Source: an uncultured Arcobacteraceae bacterium
GTDB taxonomy: Bacteria; Campylobacterota; Campylobacteria; Campylobacterales; Arcobacteraceae
Assembly (NCBI GenBank): GCA_964022095.1
Contig: CAXHZO010000022.1
Span: 1-38,519 of the forward strand
Direction: 5' to 3'
DNA length: 38,519 bases
The notes under the pieces were generated by a model. The model did not search any database and was not told where the DNA came from. It saw only the letters and a list, made by a program, of their open reading frames with translations. The position numbers were made by a program, and so were the translations under genes. Of the stretch, positions 8,611 to 17,148 are shown one piece after another; positions within the stretch are counted from its first letter, which is position 1, and each line of letters starts with the position of its first letter.

Positions 8611-9495
8611 TTAAAATTTAAAATCCTTCATAAAAAATTCATTAAAATAGTAAGATACAGAAGGATAGTATTTATTTACTAACTTATTAAAAGTACCATC
8701 ATTTCTTATATCTTCTAAATATTTATTAAACTCTGATAGTAATTTTGGTGAGTTTTTCCTAAAGGCAACTCCCATAAACTGATCTTGAGATACTGGACCT
8801 AACACTTTTATTTCACCACTGAATTTTTCTAAAGCTATTAAGGCATCAGGAACATCAAGGAGAGTTAAATCAACTTCATTGTTTATAACAGAGGGAACCA
8901 TCTCTATAATTTTCTTTTCACTTGGATGAATTACTATTTTTGCTTTTGTATTTTCTAAATCATATAAAGAAGCATCTAGACATGTATTTGGTCTTGTTAA
9001 AACAGTTTTATCTGCCATTAAGTCTTTTATATTTGCAATATCTTTTTGTATAGTAGATGTTGGTTCTATTGGCTCAATATTTGAATTTGCTTTTGCTATT
9101 AACCAAACACTTGAAGGAAAGGTAGGATTTGAAAAAGACACAACCTCTTCTCTCCATGGAATAATTGTTAAGCCATTGGCTATTAAGTCACCTTTGATTT
9201 GTACATTTTGTAATAAAGTTACTTTTTTATTTTCATACCTAACATTTGTTCCAGTTAAGTCTCCATAAATATTATCCCAATTTGATGGAATAAATTCATA
9301 CTCTAATCCTAAATATTTTGCAAAACCTTGAATAATTTCTATATCTAAGCCATCCCCAAGTCCTGTAACAAAATTTGCATAAGGGATTCCAAGATGTCTA
9401 AGTTTTCCTGATTTTTTAATTTCATCTAAATCATTTGCACCTAAAGAAAAATTAAAAAATATTAAAATTAAAAATATGCGATAAAAATAATTCAT
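8611..9495 (-). CDS. Free periplasmic substrate-binding protein (SBP family 3-like), no adjacent ABC permease
   Basis: Signal peptide, DLDEIKKSGKLR, GLDIEIIQGFAKYLGL, GVAFRKNSPKL...DGTFNKLVNKY. Confidence 0.85.
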   Translation of the reverse strand: MNYFYRIFLILIFFNFSLGANDLDEIKKSGKLRHLGIPYANFVTGLGDGLDIEIIQGFAKYLGLEYEFIPSNWDNIYGDLTGTNVRYENKKVTLLQNVQIKGDLIANGLTIIPWREEVVSFSNPTFPSSVWLIAKANSNIEPIEPTSTIQKDIANIKDLMADKTVLTRPNTCLDASLYDLENTKAKIVIHPSEKKIIEMVPSVINNEVDLTLLDVPDALIALEKFSGEIKVLGPVSQDQFMGVAFRKNSPKLLSEFNKYLEDIRNDGTFNKLVNKYYPSVSYYFNEFFMKDFKF

Positions 9496-9513
9496 AATAA
9501 TCCTTTTTATTTA

Positions 9514-10659
9514 CTACTTATCGAATCTTATAATATATTTTATTCCATTTTTAGTGGCTTTTGGAAGAATCAATCCTTTATTTTTTTCAGTAAATAATTT
9601 AACTAAATAAAAACCTAAACTAAAAGAAGTTTCTTGTTTTTTTTCATTTATTTCAAATAAATTATCAATCTCCTCATCTTTATACACTCTACTATTATCT
9701 TCATAACTTAAATATATTGATTCTTCACTTTCGTCAATTAAGATATCAATAAAGTCTTTATCCTCACACTTTTGTTTTGAACAAAAATTAGTAACAGACT
9801 CTTCAACTAACTGTGTAAAGATATGCATTAATTCATTATAAACAATATTTATAGATAGAAGATTATTCCCTGAAATATTAACTTTAATATTATGTTTCTC
9901 AAAATTATCTTTAAAATTAAATAATGCATTATCAATTGTTACTTTAATATTTGTAATCTCTTTACTTTTTTTATTATTAAAAAACTTATGAAAATCACTC
10001 ATTATATTATCAAGTTTTTTCATCTCACTAAAAGACCCACTTAATATATTTTCACCATCAAAATCTTTTATATTTGAAGTTTTAAACTCTAATAATTGTA
10101 AATACAGTTTTAATTTATCTAATGGATTTTTCCATTGAGAAGAGATTATATTTATAATATCTGACATAGCAGATACTCTTTTTTGAGTATTGATAATTTC
10201 ATCTTTTTTTCTAATTTCTATTATTTGTTCATTTACTTTTTCATTTAAATCTTTATTAACATATTTTAACTCGTTCATAACACTTGCAAGTTTTAAATGA
10301 ACTTCAACTCTTTTTCTCAATACATCAGTAAAAAATGGTTTTGTTACATAATCAACTGCACCCAAATCAAACCCTTTTACTATATCTCTCTCTTCATCTT
10401 TTACCGTTAGAAAAATTATAGGTATTTTATTTGTTCTAGGATCTTTTTTAATCTCTTTACAAACACTATATCCATCCATTTTTGGCATTACAATATCTAA
10501 AAGTATTAAATCAAAATTATTCTTTTCTAATAACTCTAATGCTTTATCTCCACTTTGTGCGAATATTACATTGTAATCTTTTAAGATATTCATAGCTACT
10601 TGTAGATTTTTTAAATTGTCATCGACTAAAAGTATTTTTTCATTATATTTTTTAATCAT
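9514..10659 (-). CDS. Response regulator receiver fused to a degenerate HisKA/HATPase-like region (start probably ATG 10659)
   Basis: Intact REC (LLVDD, LLDIVMP..DG, FLT, TKP). The C-terminal part has ISSQWKNPL in place of IAHQWRQPL and lacks the N, G1 and G2 boxes. ATG 10659 forms an ATGA overlap with the upstream stop. Confidence 0.85.
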   Translation of the reverse strand: MIKKYNEKILLVDDNLKNLQVAMNILKDYNVIFAQSGDKALELLEKNNFDLILLDIVMPKMDGYSVCKEIKKDPRTNKIPIIFLTVKDEERDIVKGFDLGAVDYVTKPFFTDVLRKRVEVHLKLASVMNELKYVNKDLNEKVNEQIIEIRKKDEIINTQKRVSAMSDIINIISSQWKNPLDKLKLYLQLLEFKTSNIKDFDGENILSGSFSEMKKLDNIMSDFHKFFNNKKSKEITNIKVTIDNALFNFKDNFEKHNIKVNISGNNLLSINIVYNELMHIFTQLVEESVTNFCSKQKCEDKDFIDILIDESEESIYLSYEDNSRVYKDEEIDNLFEINEKKQETSFSLGFYLVKLFTEKNKGLILPKATKNGIKYIIRFDK

Positions 10660-11069
10660 TTCTCTTCCCAAGATTGATATTTATCTTCTAATTTCTTAAG
10701 TTTAACATAACTATTTGCTTTTGTAATCAATTCAATTGTGAAAAAAGGTTTAATTACATAATCTATTCCACCACATTCATATGCTAATTCGATGTCAGCA
10801 CTTGAATCTTTTCCAGATAAAAAAATGACTGGAATTTTCTTTGTTTCATCATTGTTTTTTAGTTTCTTACATACTTCAAAACCATTTATATCAGGCATCA
10901 TTACATCTAAAAGTATTAAATCAAATGAGTTCTCGCTAACGAGTTTTAAAGCCATTTCTCCATTCTTAGCATAATACATTTTATAGCCTTCATTTTTTAA
11001 AATATTCATTGCCATTTGAATATTTTTTGGAGTATCATCTACAATTAAAATCTTGCTATTTGTTTTCAA
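10656..11069 (-). CDS. Single-domain response regulator (receiver only)
   Basis: LIVDD, LLDVMMPDING, FLS, IKPF; 137 aa with no output domain. Confidence 0.92.
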   Translation of the reverse strand: MKTNSKILIVDDTPKNIQMAMNILKNEGYKMYYAKNGEMALKLVSENSFDLILLDVMMPDINGFEVCKKLKNNDETKKIPVIFLSGKDSSADIELAYECGGIDYVIKPFFTIELITKANSYVKLKKLEDKYQSWEEK

Positions 11070-14000
11070 AACTGTTCCTTAAATCTAAAACTATTTGTTC
11101 ATATTTATTCATTAAATAATCAACATTCTCAATATCAAAAGCTTCAATACTATTATGTAAATCATCGCTGTATTCAATTAAAGATTGCACATTATATTCC
11201 TTTGAAATATCACATAGTCTTTTTGCAAACTTTTCTATTAATGTAAAATCCCCTGAATTTCTAACATCATTCCATTGTTGTTTTAAATCGCTATCTAAAA
11301 TTACTATAAGTTCATTTAATAAGTTAACATCAATATCTACTTTTATTTTATCTTCTCTAATTTCATCATCTAATTGCTTATAACTTAAATATTTGCATAT
11401 TTCTAAAATCAACTCTTTTAAAACAACTGGTTTTCTAATATATGAATCAAAACCATATTGTCCAACTTTTTGTAAATCTTTTCCCATAACAGAAGCTGTT
11501 AATGCAATAATAGGTATGTTCTTTAATCTATCATCATTTTTAATTAATGTAGTTGCTTCATAACCATTTAATACAGGCATTCTTAAATCCATAAAAATCA
11601 AATCTACATCATGTTCTTTTAGTTTATTTAGTGCATCTTGCCCATCAACTGCTAATAATATCTCTAAATTATAATCTTTTAATGCTGCAGTAACAAGATT
11701 TCTATTCTCTTGTACATCATCAACTACTAAAATTCTAGCTTTATTGAAAATTATATTTTTGAAATTAATCTTGTCTTTTTTATCTTCTACAAGTGCAGTT
11801 CCAACTGAAATATTTTCTAACTTTACACTAAAAGTTGAACCTTTATTTTTTTCACTTTTTACAAAAATTTTACCATTCATCATTTTTACAAGTTTACTAC
11901 AAATAGCTAAACCTAATCCTGTACCACCATATTTTGCTACATTGTGATTTGATACTTGTTCAAAAGCATTAAAAATACTATTTAAGTTATCTTTATCAAT
12001 ACCAATTCCCGTATCTTCAATGCTAAACTCTAAATTCACTTTTTCTTTTTTAGTATCAATATAATTACTTTGAACTTTTAATTTTATATACCCTTTTTCT
12101 GTAAATTTAATTGCATTTCCAATTAAATTAAATAGTACTTGTCTTAATCTAGTACCATCTAAGATTATATATTCAGGAATACTATCATCAAGTTGCATAT
12201 CAAAGGTTATATTTTTACTTAAGATCTTAGTTTGAAAAATTGTTTCAATTTCTAAAAATAGTGACTTTGGACTTATTGTCTCTTTTTTTATCTCTAACTT
12301 TCCAGCTTCTATTTTTGATAAATCTAGAATATCATTTATAATTCTAAGAAGAGATGTTCCACCTTTTTTAATTGAATCAATGTACTCTTTGTGAATTGGA
12401 TTAGTTATCTCTTTTTCTAGAATATCTGCAAAACCTAGTACAGAGTTCATTGGTGTTCTAATCTCATGACTCATATTTGCTAAAAATTCTGTTTTTTGTC
12501 TTGAAGTATTTTCAGCTTGCTCTTTTGCAATTTTTAGCTCTTTATTTAGTTTTTCAACTCTATTTTTTTCTTCTGTTAATGCTAATGTTCTATCAACTAC
12601 TTTTTTTTCTAAATTTGCTAAAAGATCTTGCAGTTGATTTGTTTTATCATTTACTAAACTTTTTAGTCTTCTATTATAAAAAAATATAATTATAAATACA
12701 ATAGTTACAATAGCTAAAATATAAATTATTAATGTGTAATCAACTACTTGTTTTATTTCAAAAGAGTCATATTTATTTTGAATTTTCATATGTTCTAAAT
12801 TGTTCATAGAGTTCATATATTTTGAAACTATATTAAATAAAATAGCTTTATCTTTTTTTATAAATAGTGTTAATTTTACTTTTAAACCCGTTGTTCCTGC
12901 GATTTTTAAATTTGTGATTCCAAGTTTCTTTAAGTAATGTCCAATTAAATCTACATTAGCAATTAAGGCATCAGCTTGTTTTGAAGATACTTTTTTTAAT
13001 CCTTCATTAGCATTTTCAACTTCAATAAATTTAATATCTGGATACTTTTTATATAACTGCTTTAAGTAGCCATAGTTTTTCATTACAAGAATTTTCTTAT
13101 GTGCAATTTCTTCTAAATCTTTAATATACGTAATTTTATCATTCATAACAATTGCAATTTCACTAAAAAAGTATGGTTTTATTGCTTTATAGTTTTGATT
13201 TAATATTTTATTGTCAATAACATCTGAAATAATGTCTACCTTATTTTGTAATGCTAAACTTAGACTATCACTCCAAGAATTGTTTCTAAGTTTTTTGATT
13301 TTTAGACCTGTATCTTTTTCTATGAGTTTTAAATATTCAGAAACAATTCCTATATAATTTTCATTTTCATCATAAGCTTCAATTGGTAACCAATTTGGAT
13401 CTCCTGTGAAAGTCACTTCAGGGTTTTGTTCTATCCACCTAAGCTCTTTTCTCGTTAAAAGTTCATTGGTTTTATTATAATCGTAAATCCACTTATTATC
13501 AATTTTTGTTTTATTATCTTCAATAATTTTTGGTAAAAGTTTATTTATGATAGTTGCTAAAGTCTCGTTCTGTTTGGTAATACCCATTTTTAATGGAACT
13601 GTTTTATTTTTACTATATGTAAATTTAACTTCTAAATTAGGTAAAAAATTTTGCTTTAAAAAGAAATTAATTGATGCTAAACTTCCAATGAATAGATCTG
13701 CTTTTCCATATGAAACAACTTTATAAGCACTCTCTTCATTGCCTAAAAAGTAAAATTTTTGTTCAGGGTTTTCTCTTCTTAAATTTTGATGTATTATACT
13801 TTCTTTATAAACAGCAACTGTAAAATCTTTTATTTGAGAGACATTTGCAATTGGTACATCTTTTCTAGATATAACCCCAACTTGTAAATCTAAATATGAT
13901 TTAGTAAAGATGAATTTTTCTCTTCTTTCATCATTGTCAGAAATTGCGGCAATCATATCAACTTCATTATTTATTGCTTTACTATAAATATCATTCCAAT

Positions 14001-14949
14001 CACTAGTAATTGTTTCAAAAACTAAACCTGTTTTTCTAGACAACAACTCTAAATAACTAGAGGAAACACCCTTATGTTCACCTGTCATATTTATAAAGTC
14101 AAAAGGAGGATTATTATAATTAACTCCAACTTTAACAATTGGGTTTTTTCTTATCCAATTGATTTCTTGTGAATTTAATCCATCAATATTTCTATGTACT
14201 TGATAATTGTTGATACTGTTTTTTTGATCATTACTAATCAAATTAAAAGATTTTTTTAAAATCTGGTAAAGCATTTTATTATTTTTTGAAATACCCATTG
14301 ATATCTCAATTGGCTCAAAATTAGTTGCGAATTTAATTTCTAAATTAGTAAGAAGATTTTTCTCAATTATATAATCACAAGAAGGAACGGTATCAATATA
14401 AACATCTGCTTTTCCATATGAAACTGCTTTTAATGCTTCTTCATTAGTATCTGAGTAAATGAATTTTATATTAGGGAATCTTTCCTCTAAAAGATCAATT
14501 ACAGCTGCACTTTTTACAGTAGAAACAATTAAATTTTCTATTTCTTGAAGTTTTCTAATATCTAAAGATTTCTTTGCTACAACAACAGAATCTAGAGTTA
14601 AAAAAGGTATAAAGTTTAGATATTTTTGTCTTTTTTGTGTATTAAATAAAGCAGAAATCATATCAATTTCACCTGCTTTCATTTTATCTAATACTTTGGG
14701 CCAGTAGTCATAGTCAGTTTTAAATCTTAAGCCAGAAATTTTTGATATGTGTTTTAAATATTCTTGAACCATCCCACTGGAACTTCCATATTCATTTTCA
14801 TAATCAAAAGGAGGCCAGTTATTATCTGAGCCAACCTTTACTATAGGATTTTTCTTTATCCAATTTAGCTCTTTTTTTGTAAAGTTTTTATTAGCTTGTA
14901 AATTTATAACAAAACAAAATATTAGAACTAAAAAAGACAAGATCTTCAT
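11056..14949 (-). CDS. Hybrid sensor histidine kinase: three SBP-like periplasmic domains, TM, HisKA, HATPase, REC, C-terminal helical (HPt-like) domain; BvgS/EvgS-like layout
   Basis: Three repeats starting 'E..WI..NP.V' with PPFD/LPIE; FLANMSHEIRTPMN; NLIGNAIKFT; DTGIG; GGTGLGL; REC LVVDD...FMDLRMP...RKP. Confidence 0.92.
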   Translation of the reverse strand: MKILSFLVLIFCFVINLQANKNFTKKELNWIKKNPIVKVGSDNNWPPFDYENEYGSSSGMVQEYLKHISKISGLRFKTDYDYWPKVLDKMKAGEIDMISALFNTQKRQKYLNFIPFLTLDSVVVAKKSLDIRKLQEIENLIVSTVKSAAVIDLLEERFPNIKFIYSDTNEEALKAVSYGKADVYIDTVPSCDYIIEKNLLTNLEIKFATNFEPIEISMGISKNNKMLYQILKKSFNLISNDQKNSINNYQVHRNIDGLNSQEINWIRKNPIVKVGVNYNNPPFDFINMTGEHKGVSSSYLELLSRKTGLVFETITSDWNDIYSKAINNEVDMIAAISDNDERREKFIFTKSYLDLQVGVISRKDVPIANVSQIKDFTVAVYKESIIHQNLRRENPEQKFYFLGNEESAYKVVSYGKADLFIGSLASINFFLKQNFLPNLEVKFTYSKNKTVPLKMGITKQNETLATIINKLLPKIIEDNKTKIDNKWIYDYNKTNELLTRKELRWIEQNPEVTFTGDPNWLPIEAYDENENYIGIVSEYLKLIEKDTGLKIKKLRNNSWSDSLSLALQNKVDIISDVIDNKILNQNYKAIKPYFFSEIAIVMNDKITYIKDLEEIAHKKILVMKNYGYLKQLYKKYPDIKFIEVENANEGLKKVSSKQADALIANVDLIGHYLKKLGITNLKIAGTTGLKVKLTLFIKKDKAILFNIVSKYMNSMNNLEHMKIQNKYDSFEIKQVVDYTLIIYILAIVTIVFIIIFFYNRRLKSLVNDKTNQLQDLLANLEKKVVDRTLALTEEKNRVEKLNKELKIAKEQAENTSRQKTEFLANMSHEIRTPMNSVLGFADILEKEITNPIHKEYIDSIKKGGTSLLRIINDILDLSKIEAGKLEIKKETISPKSLFLEIETIFQTKILSKNITFDMQLDDSIPEYIILDGTRLRQVLFNLIGNAIKFTEKGYIKLKVQSNYIDTKKEKVNLEFSIEDTGIGIDKDNLNSIFNAFEQVSNHNVAKYGGTGLGLAICSKLVKMMNGKIFVKSEKNKGSTFSVKLENISVGTALVEDKKDKINFKNIIFNKARILVVDDVQENRNLVTAALKDYNLEILLAVDGQDALNKLKEHDVDLIFMDLRMPVLNGYEATTLIKNDDRLKNIPIIALTASVMGKDLQKVGQYGFDSYIRKPVVLKELILEICKYLSYKQLDDEIREDKIKVDIDVNLLNELIVILDSDLKQQWNDVRNSGDFTLIEKFAKRLCDISKEYNVQSLIEYSDDLHNSIEAFDIENVDYLMNKYEQIVLDLRNSFENK

Positions 14950-14980
14950 GGGGGAAACTCTTTATTTTAAATTAACAAAG

Positions 14981-14989
14981 ATTATACCA
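14981..14989 (-). promoter_or_regulatory. Extended -10 promoter TGgTATAAT for the signalling operon
   Basis: Perfect TGnTATAAT 31 nt upstream of ATG 14949. Confidence 0.65.
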
Positions 14990-15022
14990 TAAAATTCTTC
15001 TTGATGTTAAAAAATAACAATT

Positions 15023-15637
15023 TTAAGTCGATACAGTCAAATACTCTACAATAACTTTATCATTTAATAATATTTTTCCTAAGAACTCATCACCAACTTT
15101 AAACTCACCAACACCACTAGGAGTTCCTGTCATTAAGATATCTCCATCTTCAAAAAAAGTGAAACTATTTGCTTCATCAATTATTTCATTTGGTTTATTG
15201 ATCATTTGAGAAAAATGACCTTTTTGTGTAAGTTTGCCATTAATATATAGTTCAATACCTAGGTTTGAAATATCTCCATCAAAGGAAACAAATGGTGAGA
15301 ATACTGCAGCGTTATGAAATGCCTTAGCACGCTCCCATGGAAGTCCTTTATTTTTTAACTTACTTTGAACTTCTCTTAAAGTTAAATCTAATCCAAATCC
15401 AACTGCATCAATTTTATTATCTTTAATAACAAATGAAATTTCTGCTTCATAGTGACAACTACTTTGATTTTCTGGGAAAATCAATTTATCACTAATAGAA
15501 GAGTTTGGCTTAATAAAAAAGACCATTTCATCAGGTGTTTCATTATTTAATTCTTTTATATGCTCACTATAATTTCTACCTATGCAAACAATTTTTGAAG
15601 GATAGATTTTATTACTATTTACAATAATATTTTTCAA
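15023..15637 (-). CDS. Fumarylacetoacetate hydrolase family protein (FAHD1/YcgM-like)
   Basis: KIVCIGRNYSEHIKEL, FFIKP, HYEAE, GLDLTLR, WERAK.F, GDILMTGTP.GVG; TTG start with AAGGA SD. Confidence 0.92.
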   Translation of the reverse strand: MKNIIVNSNKIYPSKIVCIGRNYSEHIKELNNETPDEMVFFIKPNSSISDKLIFPENQSSCHYEAEISFVIKDNKIDAVGFGLDLTLREVQSKLKNKGLPWERAKAFHNAAVFSPFVSFDGDISNLGIELYINGKLTQKGHFSQMINKPNEIIDEANSFTFFEDGDILMTGTPSGVGEFKVGDEFLGKILLNDKVIVEYLTVST

Positions 15638-15650
15638 ATTTTTCCTTTGA

Positions 15651-16481
15651 CTATTTAAGTAGTTTTAATCTTTTTTTAGAGTAATCATTACCGCTTTTTT
15701 TATACCAAAATCTTGCATTTTTAATATTTTTATTTACTCCATATCCTTTTTCATAGAAATACCCTAACCATGACATTGAATATTTGTCTCCCATATCAGA
15801 AGCTTTTGCAAACAATTTATATGCTTTTTTATAATCTTGCTCTACTCCAAAACCTTTTGCATATAAGTAACCTAACTCTGAAGTACCATACTTATTGTTC
15901 TTTTTAGCAGTTTTTTCATACCAGTACTTTGCCGTTTTGTAGTTTTTCTTAACTCCCCAACCTTGTTTGTAGTAGTAACCTACTTCATTTTGAGAGTATG
16001 TATCTCCTTGATATGCAGCTTTTTTAAAGTACTCTAAAGCCTTAACTCTATCAACTTTGATTCCTTTTCCCTTATCATACATGTAAGCTAATTCTCTTTG
16101 GGCAATGATATCATCACTATTGGCTGCTTTTTTTAGCCAATAAAATGCATTTGTATAATCTTTATAATCAAATAAATAGTTTAAACCTAGTTCTCTTTGA
16201 GAATAAGAGTCACCTGCTTTTGAAGCTTTTAAATACCAAGATGTAGCTTTTGTTTTATCTTTCTTTACAATTTTTCCTACATTATAATAATAAGCAACCC
16301 AACTTTGTGCAATCATATCTCCAGCATTTGCTTTTTCCATATAACAATCAAATTTTATTTGTTCTTCTGGATAAACCTTACAATCTTTAATGTTTTCAAA
16401 TTTTGATGTTGTTAAATTTGCTTGATTTGTACAACCAATAAATAAGAAAGCTCCTAATAGTGCAACAATTATATTTTTCAA
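15651..16481 (-). CDS. Sel1-like repeat lipoprotein (start moved to TTG 16481)
   Basis: AAGGAG SD 5 nt before the TTG; signal peptide MKNIIVALLGAFLFIGC with lipobox; about six SLR repeats (AQ..L...Y..G.GV..D..KA..WY.KAA). Confidence 0.9.
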   Translation of the reverse strand: MKNIIVALLGAFLFIGCTNQANLTTSKFENIKDCKVYPEEQIKFDCYMEKANAGDMIAQSWVAYYYNVGKIVKKDKTKATSWYLKASKAGDSYSQRELGLNYLFDYKDYTNAFYWLKKAANSDDIIAQRELAYMYDKGKGIKVDRVKALEYFKKAAYQGDTYSQNEVGYYYKQGWGVKKNYKTAKYWYEKTAKKNNKYGTSELGYLYAKGFGVEQDYKKAYKLFAKASDMGDKYSMSWLGYFYEKGYGVNKNIKNARFWYKKSGNDYSKKRLKLLK

Positions 16482-16491
16482 TTTTTCTCCT

Positions 16492-17148
16492 TTAAAATTT
16501 TTCAATTAAATCTTTTATAATCACTGAAGTAATTCCCCAAATCACTTCTCCTTCATATTTGTATACCCAAATTTTATGTCTTTTATTACCCCAAGGCTTT
16601 TTATATATATCTGGAAGCCCTAGTTCTTCAACAGGAAATAATATCTCTTTATTCCCATTTTCATCAACTTTAAATGGTTGGATTTCATGGGATAAAGTAT
16701 ACTCTATTGGTTCATTATCCTTAAAAAAGTCAATAGGAATTAAAAGTGTTTTTTCAACTTCATTTTTATCAATTACCATATTATTGTATGCTTTTTTTTT
16801 CACTCTTCCAATAAAAGGATCTATTATAACTCCAGTTGGTGCAACATATGTATCAAGCTGGCCTAAAATAGTTATATCATCAGCTTTTATTCCCAACTCT
16901 TCATTTGTTTCTCTTAAAGCTGTATCCAAAAATGATTTATCAATATCTTTTTCAAAACCACCGCCAGGGAAGCAGATATCTCCACCTTGCCTAATATTTG
17001 CAGCTCTTTTTTGAAAAAGCAAATAATACTCTTTTTTAATTTTTATAATTGGTATTAAAACTGCACTATTAAAAAATCTTTTTCTACCTAATACATTTGG
17101 ACTTACAGGAAGATTTGAAACTAATGCTTTTAAGTTTTTCTTTTTCAT
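16492..17148 (-). CDS. Nudix hydrolase, CoA pyrophosphatase (NudL/YeaB-like) subfamily
   Basis: SAVLIP, LFQKRA..IRQGGDICFPGG (NuCoA motif), Nudix box ALRETNEELG, C-terminal IWGIT. Confidence 0.9.
   Translation of the reverse strand: MKKKNLKALVSNLPVSPNVLGRKRFFNSAVLIPIIKIKKEYYLLFQKRAANIRQGGDICFPGGGFEKDIDKSFLDTALRETNEELGIKADDITILGQLDTYVAPTGVIIDPFIGRVKKKAYNNMVIDKNEVEKTLLIPIDFFKDNEPIEYTLSHEIQPFKVDENGNKEILFPVEELGLPDIYKKPWGNKRHKIWVYKYEGEVIWGITSVIIKDLIEKF

Noticed and set aside
13697..14424. Repeated TCTGCTTTTCCATATGAAAC inside the hybrid kinase
   Set aside because: It encodes VSYGKAD in tandemly duplicated SBP domains and is explained by the domain repeat.
14950..14954. G5 run next to the hybrid kinase start as a phase-variation tract
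   Set aside because: Too short; Campylobacterota contingency tracts are typically about 8 or more G/C.
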